NCBI RefSeq assembly: GCF_002571385.2 | Contig: NW_019217984.1 | Coordinates: forward strand, 306,804-370,803 | Origin: Stylophora pistillata | Lineage: Eukaryota | Reading direction: 5' to 3' | Length of the DNA: 64,000 nucleotides | Made by a program: the position numbers and the translations under genes | Part shown: one piece after another, positions 36,655 through 49,308 of the stretch | Position numbering within the stretch: the first letter of the stretch is position 1 | How the letters are laid out: each line of letters starts with the position of its first letter | Notes under the pieces: model-generated | Seen by the model: the letters and a program-made list of their open reading frames with translations, nothing else | Database searches by the model: none | Told to the model about the DNA's origin: nothing

Positions 36655-38330
36655 TTCGTTACCTCACAAATTAACCAAGCACATCCACTCGTTTGGTTCT
36701 TTCAAATCGAGTGGATGTCATCGGTCGAAGATTCCTAATGTATAGGATGTATTTGGCTCACACTCCACAGATGATTAGCCTGTTCCTCCTCGCTGATTAT
36801 ATCACAATAAACATGGGTTGCATGTTTCTCTCTGTGCGAGTGGCCCGCGCTTCTGTTGACCACAGGGACCTCAACAGAGAAGAATGAGCGCCTCTCGCTC
36901 CAAGGCGCTCATTCTTCTCTGTTCAAACGAGTGGATGTGATTGGTTAATTTTCGGAAGGCGCCTATTCTTCTCTGTTCAAACGAATGGATGTGATTGGTT
37001 AATGGGTGAGCTAGCAAAAACAAATCGACAGCGGTTCGTTCCCTTACCTTAAAGACTTTAAATCGACCAATAAGTCGAGAGAAGAACGAAAACATCGAGC
37101 GTTTAGAACAGTTTTCCGCGAAAAAATATTCGTAGATGAGACGTTCGCGCTTGATCGTTTTGCCTCTGGGTTTTTTTTCTCTGTTTATATCTTTCAGCCG
37201 TGACGAGAATGCCGAAGTTTAGAATACTTAGCAATGGCGACTTGATGCCTGAATACACGAGAGAAGCGAATGATATGTTCAAGAAGAACTTGGAGTTGCA
37301 GGACTTGCGTCAAGCAAAGGAAAAGCTAATGTGTTAGAGGCGTTACCTCACCAAACAGAGAATTAAATGGCCATCTAAACCCGAAAGCAGTAATTTCTAT
37401 GAACAACGTTGCTTAAAAAAAATTATACAGATTCTGGCAGCAAATGTCTGTAATGAACTTAAAAGTATAGAAGGGCAGCGCTTTCGCAAGAGTCTACGAT
37501 CGCGCTTGAACGTGTGGCGCGGACTGACAGCGCATAGAGCGGCAATCTCGCAAGTACTCGTTCGGATTGCGCTTGAATGCGTGGCGCGCGCGTCAAATGT
37601 AACGCTTGGATCATAAACGAGACAGTCGAGAGCTTTTCTCGGCGCGACTCCGATCGATTTGCTACCATTCCCTAACATAAGTCTCAAAATTCCTTGACAG
37701 AGACAATAGAAATCACTGTATAACAGTGGAAAGTCCTTCAGCAAAGAAATTCGTGTACTTGTTCCATGTCACCAGCGATGCTGACTTTTGCTGACTAGCG
37801 AAAGGAACACTTTCCCTTGAATTCATCCCTTGAAAGTATAGTTTGAGGAACTCGACGAGTCGTTTTTATGAAAGTTCAACGAGCAAATATTTCTCCAAAG
37901 AGTCAAGGCTGCCCAGCTCGACTGCTAGAATGTCTTGAGGCCCTAATAACTCAGAAGGAAACAAGTTTATTGGATATTCTTGATCCCTTCTTCACTGTTT
38001 TACTTTTCGAAAGTGTCCCATCAACGAATTTCACTCGCAATGTAAACGTATGCACTGATTATATCACAAGAAACATGATTTGCATATTTCTCTCTGTGCG
38101 AGTGGCCCGTGCTTCTGTTGACCACAGGGACCTCAACAGAGAAGAATAAGCGCCTTCCGAGGGAGAGGAACACGCTAATCTTCCCTAGAGTGTGAGCCAA
38201 TCACATCCAGTAAATTAGGAATCTTCGACCAATGACATCCACTCGATTTGACCTAACCAAACGAGTGGATGTGATTGGTGAATTTGTGAATTAAAAAACG
38301 AGTGGATGTGATTGGTCAACTTGTGAGCTA
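36655..38330. repeat. Modular repeat/TE relic with inverted ends and internal direct repeats
   Basis: 36680-36765 is inverted relative to 38188-38275; 36793-36893 is a direct repeat of 38056-38155; recurrent cgagtggatgtgattggt motif. Confidence 0.5.
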
Positions 38331-39579
38331 ACGACTACAAATCCTGTCTGTTACTTTGCATTTGCCTTGATTAAAAGTAAGAATTTAAAAATTTGCAATC
38401 AAGAAATTTAATTGAAAGAGCAAATACATCGAAGACACTGAGTGTTGTAACCTGTTTTATAAGAATTCATAGACGTGTGGCACGATCGTTTTGCCTTGGT
38501 GGTTTTTCCTCCAGTTTATGGCGAGAAATGCATGCTGAAGTTTAAACTTCTTACTTATGTAGACTCGATGTTTGGCGACGCGAGAGACGTGGATGAGATG
38601 TTCAACAACAATTCGGAGCAGCAGGAGAAGCGCCGAGAAAAGAATGAGCCGCAACTGATTAGCAAACCTCCCGAAGAGGTAAGCATACGAACAAGTTATG
38701 CTAAAATTTTGCAAGGCTAAGGTCCTGACCTCGGTTTCTATCCTTTGTTTTGTTTGTTAAAACATCAGCAAAACTAACTGGTCCATTGTGCTCTTAATTG
38801 CATCGCCCAAGGGCTGAAAATGTTTACGACCGATTTTGGTCGTCCTCGAGATAGAAGCGTCGTCGCGAAATCTGTAAGTCAGATCGCAGTGTTACTGATA
38901 AGTGGCACTTGCACTGAGAATTACTCATCAAAATTGTATCTAAGATCGATGGGAAAACGTTCACTAGGTTTGTTTACTTGTAATTGAATAACATACGACC
39001 TTGTGAACTGACCTCTTCTTATTTCGATTTATTTCGATTACTTTTTTCGATCACATTTTTTCGGGTCCATAACTTGATATAGCCACGCGAGATGTTACGA
39101 GAACACGAGAGAAGCTTTTGAATCACCAGCCGAAGGCAAGTGAATTATAAGCTTTCCGAACAATATAATGCATATTTTCAACAACAACAACAACAACAAG
39201 CCTTTATTTCATCTCGAATTTAAAATAGCAAAAATAACATGCTAATATCTCCAAGAAAAGAAATAAATAAACAAATAAATAAAATGAATTAGTTGAATTA
39301 GATGAATTAGATGAATACATAAGACACAATATATGCAATTAAGTAATTGATACAATAGGATAAACATTTCAACTATTTACAGAATGGACAGCAGTCAGTA
39401 TCAAATTCGAAATTACGAATAGCCGATTTAAAAGCTCCAACTAGTGTTGGCAGTGACCTGGTCGTGTTGGGAAGGGAGTTCCGTAGTTTGCTACGATAGT
39501 AAGATAGAGTGCAGGGCATATGTAGTAGTAGTGACATGAGGGATAAAAAGAGAATGTGTACCACTAGTATGTAGATTGA

Positions 39580-40720
39580 TGCTACATCTACATCTACTTT
39601 CTTACTTTGCAAAGCCTTACAGCATACAAGCGAAGGGTCATACAAATAAAATATACAATATATACATGACGATATTTTTAAAATAATGAAATAATAATTA
39701 CAATAATAATAATAATAATTACCATTATTAAATACAAGTGAAGGGTCATACAAATAAAATATACATATATACATGACAATATTTTTAAAATTATAAAATA
39801 ATTACTATAATAATAATTACCTAGTTATCTCAATTTTCTACCTATACATGCTATTGAAGTATCGAAGGATAGCATCTTTAAATTTAGCAGCACTTGGCTG
39901 GCATACAACACTTGCATGTAATGAATTCCAGTCTGTTATTGTTCTAGGGAAAAAGCTATATTTCTAAGAATCAACACGAGTTTGAATTTGAATAAAAGAA
40001 TATTTATGACTAGGTCTCAACGATCTAGATTGTTTCACTACTTTGGGTGGAATGTCAAGAGCTATCTGCTTATTTAATATTTTATACATAATTGTAAGTC
40101 TATTAACAGTCCGACGTAGAGATAGGCTGTCCCATTCGAGTTCCTTTATTAGCGTAGATACACTCTGGTGACGACTATGCACACCAGTAAAGAATCTTGC
40201 AGCCCTTCTTTGAATTGTTTCCAATTCATCTATATTTTTTTTGGTGTTGAGGGTCCCATGCTGCTGTTGCATATTCCATAAGTGGTGTGACCAATGACTT
40301 ACATGTTTTATCCTTAACATCCTGAGAACACTTTCCCAAATTCCTTCTAATAAATCCAAGGGTTGAATTAGCTTTTTTTGACACTTCAGCAACATGTACA
40401 TTCCATCTTAGATCTTCAGAGAGGTGGACCCCCAAATAAGGATGTTCATCTGCTGGTTTCAATGCTACACCCTTGATATTGTAATCAGAAACTAAGGGGC
40501 TTATGAGTAGTTTTCTAGTTATTTTAAGCTCGTAGCACTTCTTGATGTTGAAATTCATCTGCCATCTGTCAGACCATGTTATTAAGTGATTCCGATCTCC
40601 TTGGAGAATCTCTACATCCTTCTGTGAATTTATACTCCCGTATAAAAGGCAATCATCTGCAAGCAGCTTGATATTTGATTCAATATTCTCCCCAATATCA
40701 TTAATATACAGTAGGAACAT
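39580..40720 (-). mobile_element. Decayed LINE RT fragment; a separate LINE 3' end with (TTG)n tail lies at 39180-39500
   Basis: MFLLYINDI..KLLADDCLLY..WQMNFNIKKC..YLGVHLSEDLRW..KKANSTLGFIRRN..LMEYATAAWDP; (TAGATG) tail. Confidence 0.85.
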
Positions 40721-41538
40721 TAATGATATTGTAGGAACATTAATGGATGCTGTGAGTTTTTGGACTAAACATATTAGTAATATATTCCAGTGCCAGCCCA
40801 TTAAGAGATTTGTATACTAATGTAAGGATGTAATGTACACGCCCATTAAATAGTGGGCTCTCTGATGCGATTAAGCCACTCGGGACGTTAAAAGAACACG
40901 AGGAAAGCTTACAAATCGCTTCCCTTCAGCTCATGATTTACAAGCTTTCCAACATCTACGAGGTTTAATCATTTTATAGAGTCCAGAATAATGTCTTCTA
41001 TAGCTCAAAAAGAGCCCAAAAACAAATGTGTACTATTACTTTTATGATATAAATGATTTACATGTGGGCTTTATAACGCAGTAAGTCTGACAGTGCGTAC
41101 TATGTTCATTTGTTATAAGACGTGAATGGAATAGAATACAATAGCATAGATTGTTTGTTAATGGCTCAATATCACAATTACAATTGGTCTGAGTCAAATT
41201 TTACTGGGGAAAATAAAATGTATGGAAACCTAATTACAAGAACCAAATAAATACAGGTGCTGTAAATGATTATTTTAATACCTTGAAATATACTGTGCTA
41301 ACAATGGCAAAATTTCTTTATGTGTTCATTAAATTTTCGTACAATGCTATTTTTAAGGGGTCACTTCTGACCCCATAAGAGAAAAAAATCGCCAAAAAAT
41401 CGCGTTACTTCCGTTTGACGCCAAATTGGGCACACAGGAAGTAGACAGATTTTGCCGAATTGTAGGGAAGACACTTTAATTCAGCATTCATGACAAATTT
41501 TTGCGTACTCACTTCGCGATTTGTGCGACTTGTGAGCG

Positions 41539-43307
41539 ATGGCGTCTGCAGCGAAGAGACCGAGATCGGCGAATTACTCTGTGGAACAGGATTTAGAAAT
41601 AATATTTGCGGGAGATGAAGATCATTTGGGAATGTCTAGTGACGAGGAAAGTGAAATTGACCGAGAACTGGATTACCAGAGCGGAATTTCAAGGTAAGCG
41701 ATATATTAACTTTCGACCGCGTGATGATGCTAGTGGTACGAAAATGTGGTCTTGAAATACGAGGAAATACTCTTCTGGTTTCTTTCATACGTGTGATTTC
41801 TTGCCAGTTTCATGAAATGTATCCATAAATTCACACATGAGAGTGAAAAGCGGCTTTCTGAGCGATTTTAGATCAAGCGACGCTAAAATATTCGGGCGAG
41901 GATCGAGATGGCTCTGATGTCACGTTGCCATTGAGAAATGCGATCGCGTTTATGATTTCGCAACGTACGTTATTGCTTTTTTCCTGTTTTATTTGGCAAA
42001 ATGTTGAATCCCAATTGCGAAAAAGCAAATATTTATTTTGTTCCTAGTAGTGAGGAACAAGATCAAGAAGAATTTGAAACAGAAGAAGAGGAGGGGATGG
42101 GTTTAGACAGTTCTGTGGATGTGCCTGAGGCTACTGGTGTGTAATTTTTTTTTCCACTTGGCCCAAATGTAGCCCATTCATTAGTAATTTTGAATATATA
42201 GAAACATATAATATATATTCATGTTTGTAAGTTACTACCACATGAAAAATCTTTCCACTATATATTTTATGTTGAAGATACAAATAATTATTATAATAAT
42301 TATTATGCTTGTACAGCTCCTGGTGGCTCTGCTGCTTCTGCTGCTGTACCTAACCCTGTTGCTGCCCCTGCCCTTCCTCCTGTCGTTGTTCCTGCCCCTG
42401 CTGCTTTTCCTGCTGCCTCTGCCGCTGTTCCTGGCCCTGCCCATGTCCCTGTAGCATGTTGTCACACTGCTCGTGCCCCTGCTCCCCCCCTGTTGTACGT
42501 GGTAATGCCCGTGGCCGTGCCTAACGTGGAGGTCGTGGTGGTAACCATTGTAATGGTGCAGATGCAGCTTCTGATCCAGGTAATGTTCCGTACAAATCCT
42601 ATGAGGATCCAGATGTAGGTAATAACCTCCCTGAATTCAAACCTCCATGCCCGGTAGGTATTAACTTTGAGCAACGTGTTCTTCATAACACCATGATGAA
42701 GGCTGTTGAGTTTTTCAACCTTTTTCTCGCAGCAGAAATGATAGACAGTATTTTTAGAAATACTAATGATTACGCTAATCAGCATATTTTTGAAGGGACT
42801 CATCAGGCCTATGTCAAGTCAGATGGCAGTTGGCAAGATGTCACCCCAGACAAGATCAGAAAGTTAATTGCTTTACTCATTTACTTTGGTCTTGTCAAGG
42901 TGCTGGGTAGTGTTGAAAAATATTGGAGTAAGAAGTCCCTGTATAATGGTCTCTGGGCAAGATCAATCATGCCAAGACTTCGTTTCAAAACACTAATGGC
43001 TCTCCTTCATGTTGTGGATCCTGCAACTGAGGTCCAAGGAGAAAATTTACGTGAGGTTGAGTCTTTTGTTAATGTTGACAGGTCTGACCAGATCTTGGCA
43101 ACAAATAATATCCCGCGTAAATGTAGGAGGTGGTGGAAGACTTTATTTTACCATCTTATTGATATTGCAGTTGTAAATAGTTTTGTCTTATTCAGAGAGC
43201 ACCAGGTAAACAGTCCTGATGATGAAGCCCTTCACAGGCCAAAAGACTACTCACTTGTTAGTTTCTGGGCGGAGATGGTGCGTCAACTTTGCGGCTTCAA
43301 GGAGTAG
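41539..43307 (+). pseudogene. Intron-containing piggyBac (PGBD4-like) transposase, internally deleted
   Basis: Exon 41539-41693 (MASAAKR..MSSDEESEID|gtaag), acidic exon ~42049-42136, Pro/Ala-rich exon from ~42316, then EFFNLF..TNDYA..YWS..RF..LH joined directly to VDRSDQ..RRWWKTLFYHLIDIAVVNSF. The catalytic core is deleted. Confidence 0.75.
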
Positions 43308-43577
43308 GAGCCGGCCCCATCACAGCTCCTAAATGTATTTTTCCCATTTCTATTGTTATTACTACATTTTAACTATGCTGTTGTTGCTACACTTTTTACA
43401 AGTTCTGTTCTAAAAAAAATGTCACAAAAATACCCCCCCCCCCCACAAAAAAATACAATAATTTATGACTCAGGAATTGTTTGAGACAACTAATGTGCTA
43501 TACCTTTTTGACTTATTCATCTGTAGGAACTTGCCAAGGGGTGGCAGGGGGTGTGTTGAGGGCCTATGACTTCATAT

Positions 43578-43790
43578 GGAGGCAGAGTCGCCGAGTGGTC
43601 AGTGCGTTAGACTCGTCATCTGCTACTCTCGGGTTTGAGTCCCGCTCTGACCACCACCAGGATTTGTTTCACGGTAGCTCCGAGTTCAAATCCTCTGCTA
43701 CGCTTGTAAATAGCCGACTGTTATGCCTCCGGCCAGGTGGGATTCTTAACAATTTATGTTCATTTTGAATTATTTGTTTCTGTTGTTTAT
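43578..43790 (+). mobile_element. tRNA-derived SINE
   Basis: ggaggcagagtcgccgagtggtcagtgcg...gggtttgagtccc head. Confidence 0.6.
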
Positions 43791-43899
43791 TGTGGGCCTC
43801 CTGGAAAGTAGCTTTTCACACATTGTTGAGGAGTCAATGGCCAGGTATTACTTTTTAATTAATGTGTGATTCTGAATTATGTGTAGTTTCTTTCAGAAG

Positions 43900-46800
43900 T
43901 AGTCATTCTACAAGCCCTAATGATAGTTGGAGAGAGACCGCAGCTCATGAAATAAAGTGACTGATCACTCTTCTCATTTAATGAGGCTTGTCAAGATTGG
44001 TGATGTTGACAAGTCTTGGAACATAAAGACCCTATATCATGGTCTCTGGGCAAGAGCAATCCTATCCAGAACAAGATTCAAAGCCCTAATGGCTATGTTG
44101 CATGTGGTAGATCCTGCTAATGAAGATAAGTCACGTAAGTAGCATAGAGTTGAGTCCTTTGCTGATTATTTTAAATCCGGGTGTCTCACCCTGTACCAAC
44201 CCAAAGAAACTTTAGCTATTGATGAGCATATGGTTAAGTCTCACCACAGGTCTGGTACACTTTAGTATATCAGAGACAAGCCCACCAAATGGGGAATTAA
44301 GTTGTGGGTATTAGCTGACAGTACCAATGGTTACACTGTAGACCTCATTGTCTACATTGGTTAAGCTGCAGGGTAGGTAACTGGTGCATTTGGGTTGGGT
44401 TATGATGTAGTGATGAAACTTCTGAGGCCTTTTCTAGATAAGTGTTACCATTTATTCGTGGATAACTTTAATCTATACCTTGGTCAAATTGTTCAAAGAT
44501 TTGTTTGCCCAGGGAGTCCTTGCCACTGGTACCATCTTGGAAACCAGGAGAGACTTTCCATGTAGTACACTCAAAAACAGTAAGTAATGGGCTATGAGAA
44601 ATGAAAGGGGTAGCATGTGTTGGGAAAGGGATCCTCCTTGTTTGGCACTCCAGTGGATGGATAACAAAGTTTTTTCAACATTAACAGCTATCCCTCTCAC
44701 TCCCAAGGGTGCCAATTTAGGAAAATGCCCCAGTTGCCCATGGGGTTCAGGTATCATGGTGATGTCTGAAAGGCAAATTTGAGGTGCCATATAACTTTAG
44801 CAAAATAGTGAGTGAACCAGGCAATTTCAGACTAAGCAATGCAAACAAACTTTATTCTTCAGAGATTGAAGTTTTCATTTATGATAAAAAACATCTCCAA
44901 TATAAGAAAATAAGTCAACAAAACAAACCTCAAAATCATGCAACGTGCATTTTGAATCAATGAATGACAGTATATATGCTGTTTCTATGAGTAATTTCTC
45001 CATAAGAGGAGAGTAAAGCAATAATATACTCCGGAAATATTTACAGCAAAAATTATCAAGTTGAAAAAAACAGAAACGAAATGTACTGGTACGTCTTCCA
45101 AGTGTTTTTTTTTTTTTTAACCAAAGCAAGAGTGTTCATTGTTCGAGACGTTTGAATTTCATGCCACATTACGCTTCGGTGTTATGGTTCTTGAAGCAAT
45201 CCAAACAGAACCTCTCGCCACATGAATCGCATCCCATCCTGCAGAAAGTTGTATTTCTTCTTTTTAAACATCTTTTGCACCTTCCCTTGGTCATTTTTAC
45301 GGGCCAGTGTCCAGTATGAATGGTTCCTTCTTGAACGGCATGTTGTCGTGATGAGAACTTGCCGATCAGCATCTTGACCATTTCGATGCGAAACTGAAGT
45401 TGTGTAAAGGTTGGATGATTATCCGCAATTTTCATCAAAATGTGTGCATTTACAATGCTAACATCCAAGCAAAACCATAACAGATACCGCCACCATTTAT
45501 TCGCCCTTCTCGAAGTACCGTAATATTGTCTCATTTGATCACTGTGATCGACTCTCCCCTTGTACTTTTTGTAGGTTTTTACTACGGGAAGAGAAGGAAC
45601 TTTGAAGTACGTTCCATCCTTCTGTTTTCTGCCTACGCTTTCATTTCCATTTGGATTGCACTGAGTACTGAGAAAAGCCACGACTTTCTTGTCCTTCCAC
45701 AAAGAAGCTACAACATCACCTTTCCGACGAAAGAGAGATTCGCCACGACAAAGCACTTTCACTGTGGGCTTGTTGGCTTTCAAGGCCGACGGAAAGTCAG
45801 TTCGGTTTGCACGTGTTTTTCCGCAAAAGTAAAGTTTGTCGGAGAGCAAATCTTCGGCCAGTCAAACTGAAGTGAAAAAATTATCGCAAAAGATGTGATG
45901 TTTTCCCTTCAGATCGCTGACAAGGTCACAAACAACACAATTTCTGAGACCGTGTTCAGGCTGGCCACCATCTTTTTTTCCTGTGTACACTTGCATGGCA
46001 CCCATGAAGCCATTTGTCGCATTGGCACGGACCCATACTTTTATTCCACGCTTCACGGGCTTCATGGGCATATACTGTTTGAACCCAAGTCTTCCTTTAT
46101 ATTTCACCATTCCTTTATCGATTGAAACATATTTCAATGGCCGGTATTCTTCGCGGAAAGTGCTGGGAAGTCTATTCAACAAAGGACGCACCTTGAAAAG
46201 CTTATCGTAACGTGGGTTATTTCGCGGTAACATGTTCAAACGATTATTCAAACTGAGATATTGTCGAATCTTCTCGAAGCGATTCCTTGGCATGACTTTT
46301 TGAACGGTTGGGACACCAATAAAGTTGTCTCTAGACCAGTACATTCTTGTTTCCGGCAAGGACTTGATCCCAAACAAAATATTCAATGCAAAGAACGCTC
46401 GCATTTCTTCGCAGGTTGCTGCATACCACCTCGGGTCCGGCTTTGTTTGAATGCACTGTTCGGCATGACGATTGGTTTCCTCCACAATTTTCTCGAACAG
46501 ATCCTCTGGCCAAAGAAGGAGAAAGAAATCCAAAGCTGTTCCATCTTCTGGAACACGCGAAGTTGGACCAGTGCATTCGACAAATTCTTCAACATGGACG
46601 GGCCAGTCATCTGTTGTCCAGCGTTGGTCGATATCCTCTTCGCTTTCGCTCTCACTACTGCTCCCGCTTTCGCTTTCCGAAACAGAAATATCTGATTCTT
46701 CGCTTATCTGCTGTCGTAAAGCTCTTGCTCTTTCTACTTCTTCAGTTTCAAAACCTCAAAATTCGTCTCCATCAGAGTTGGATGCCATAACAATACAAGG

Positions 46801-47450
46801 CTTTGGAAATTTCACTATCTTAGGTTTAATGGTCGATTATGAAAAATTTTACCATGGGAGTCCACCGTGATTTTTGTGTCAAATGAAACCTAATGACATC
46901 TCCTATTGGCTTAAAGACAAAGGAGGGCTTTTTCTCATTTATATCACATGTTAGGATTGGTTAATAGGGACGCATTTGCAAAGTGCCATATGGCACTCTT
47001 GGGAAAATGTGACAGTCACGCCAGAGTGCCATATGGCACTCTTGGGAGTGAAAGGCCTATAGAGAAGGCTAATGATTATGGTCTGGTCAACAGAAAACAA
47101 ACGAGTCTGGTGTGTGGAACACTGAGGAAGTATCACAACCCAGAGGTATATTTAAGTACAATAAGTTTCTGAATGGGTTGACCAATTTGACCAAATTCTA
47201 ACAAGAAATAGTGTACTGTGTAAGTCCAGGAAGTTGTGGAAAACTTTGTTTTACCATTTAATTGATATGGCTGTAGGAAATGGCTTTATCCTTTTCAAAG
47301 AGTATCAGGCTCAGTTTCTTGATAATGATGCTGTAAAAAGGCCCTCTAATTATTCTTTGACTGATTTTTGGGAAGAAATTGATCGGCAATGCAGTGATTT
47401 CCCTGATTACAGTAATCCACTGGTGAATACCACGGTGGAATCACATGTTA
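43900..47450 (+). pseudogene. Second decayed piggyBac transposase, interrupted by a nested element
   Basis: AIDEHMVK..DKPTKWGIKLWVLADS..FVDNF..LQWMDNKV..LTAI|EKANDY..WKTLFYHLIDMAVGNGF; many stops. Confidence 0.8.
44692..47056 (-). mobile_element. Nested full-length piggyBac element; transposase 46788-45169 has two in-frame stops
   Basis: TIRs CCCTCTCACTCCCAAGGGTGCCA / GCCTTTCACTCCCAAGAGTGCCA; TSD CTAT; SIDKGM, FCDNFF and GRVDHSD motifs; Cys-rich tail. Confidence 0.88.
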
Positions 47451-49029
47451 ATAATTAAGTTAAACGTGTTTTTATCAAATAATCTTCCATAACCTATACC
47501 TATGAGGATAAGTGACTTTTACCACAAGTTTAACACCATTTCCTACTTATTTTATGTTTTAAAGTTATTTTTTTTGGGAAAGTCTTGGGTTTCAATGATT
47601 AGATTTGTTTTCCTGAAAAGCCCATTTTATATACTTTAAATGAGATATGGTGGGTGTTATTGCTGTAAATATTTGTTGAGATATTAATTAAAAGCTGAAT
47701 GTGGAAATCATTGCATTTTTTTAGCTGTTCTGTTTGAGTTAACTGATGGAAACCATCAATTCTTGATAAACTTAGCAGAAAATTTGTTGCACAGAGGTTT
47801 TGATATTCAAAACAAGTAACAGGAATCAGGGTTAAAAGAAAGTTTAATTAACAAGGTGAAACTAATTATATTAATCATATTTCTCAATCTGTAGATCTTT
47901 TGTGACAGCTGGACCTCCGGCATTTGCCCCATCAAAAAGTAGAATTGTCAAAGTGACCTACTTAGAACTGTGACTAAATATATGAACTCCATATATTCAT
48001 TGTAACTGTGACTTGTGTAAGGAAAAAGGAGGCACTGGGCCAGGAGAATGGAAATGGGTCATCTGTAAATACAAACCTAGGAATGCCATTACCAACAGCA
48101 GACTTCATAGAGAAATCTCCTTACAGCTGTATTGTATCAATGAAGCTACTTTATCCAAATGGTAAATGGCTCCATTGTACACTGTAACCTTGCTCTCCTT
48201 TCTTGTAGAAAAAGCCCTGATTAAGATTAAAATTTTCACATATGATGCACGATTAAAATTTTCATTCCTAGAGTTAACTCTTTACAAGTGTTAGTTTATT
48301 ATGGCTATAAAGATTTGGTTAGGACGTTTAAGTGTGCACACAACTATAGATTTTTTTTAAAAAATTGATGTCTCTCTTTAGTAATCTTGCTTTATTACAT
48401 GAACAGGTTCAAAAACAAAACAAGGTTGGAGGAAGTGAAAATGCTAAATACAAGGGCTCACAGTTCCTAATCTTCCAGTTATAATAAGTAGGGATGCACA
48501 GCTTCCTGTACAGCAACTGCCTTGCACTCCACCATGCCTGGTTCTTGAGGAGAATGTATGGAGGTGAGATTCCACTAATGTTTTCCTCCCCTGAGAAGCC
48601 TGTAGTTGAAGTCAGTGTCCCAATGAGTTGTAAGTGATGACTGAGTAATTGAACTATAGGAGGAAGATGATTCATTTTATTCCCCCTTTCCTAAATGCTT
48701 TTCAAAAAGTCCTGAGAACAATTTTTTTGGTGTTGCAGAAAGTTTCCACTTTTTAGGAGTTGTAAGTCATGATGCATTGTCCAGTTCTCTTTATATAATG
48801 TAACAAGTTTCAACCATTTGCTCCTCTTTTGGAGCGTAGTGATGTAAAACGTAAAAGGTAAGGAAAAACTGTGTAACCAGTCTTGTTACTACTACATCTG
48901 CAACATATTTGTCACTATCCAGTTCTGGACTTCTTTTAACATGGATTCTTGTTCTGCAAAGCTCTTATCCAAGCATCTTTGTTCAAAAATTGCTTTCCCT
49001 CAATAGCCAGACAAAACGTTTCCACTCCT

Positions 49030-49308
49030 TACTCTCCAACATATTTGTATAACTATGATCATTTACAATCAAACTAATCACAGGGGGGGGGGATGATGAT
49101 TGTAACCATGCATATGTGTAGTAGGGTCAACATTTCTGACTAAATGTGTACACCCTAATTAAAAAACAATTACTCTCCAACATATTTATATAATTATGAT
49201 CATTTACAATCAAACTAATCACAGGGGGGGATGATGATTGTAACCATGCATATGTGTAGTAGGGTCAACATTTTTGACTAAATGTGTACACCCTAATTAA
49301 AAAACAAT
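49030..49308. repeat. ~140-bp tandem duplication
   Basis: tactctccaacatattt...taattaaaaaacaat occurs twice, near-identical. Confidence 0.85.

Noticed and set aside
42221-42465. Leu-rich membrane ORF or Arg/Ser-rich ORF
   Set aside because: Alternative frames of the low-complexity Pro/Ala exon of the piggyBac relic.
45862-46758. In-frame TGAs in the nested piggyBac (and in CRNKL1) as recoding sites
   Set aside because: They do not align to Cys and occur in decaying sequences; ordinary nonsense mutations.
49090-49140. C/D-box snoRNA (ATGATGA...CTGA)
   Set aside because: Too short, no terminal stem, and the D box is lost in the duplicate.
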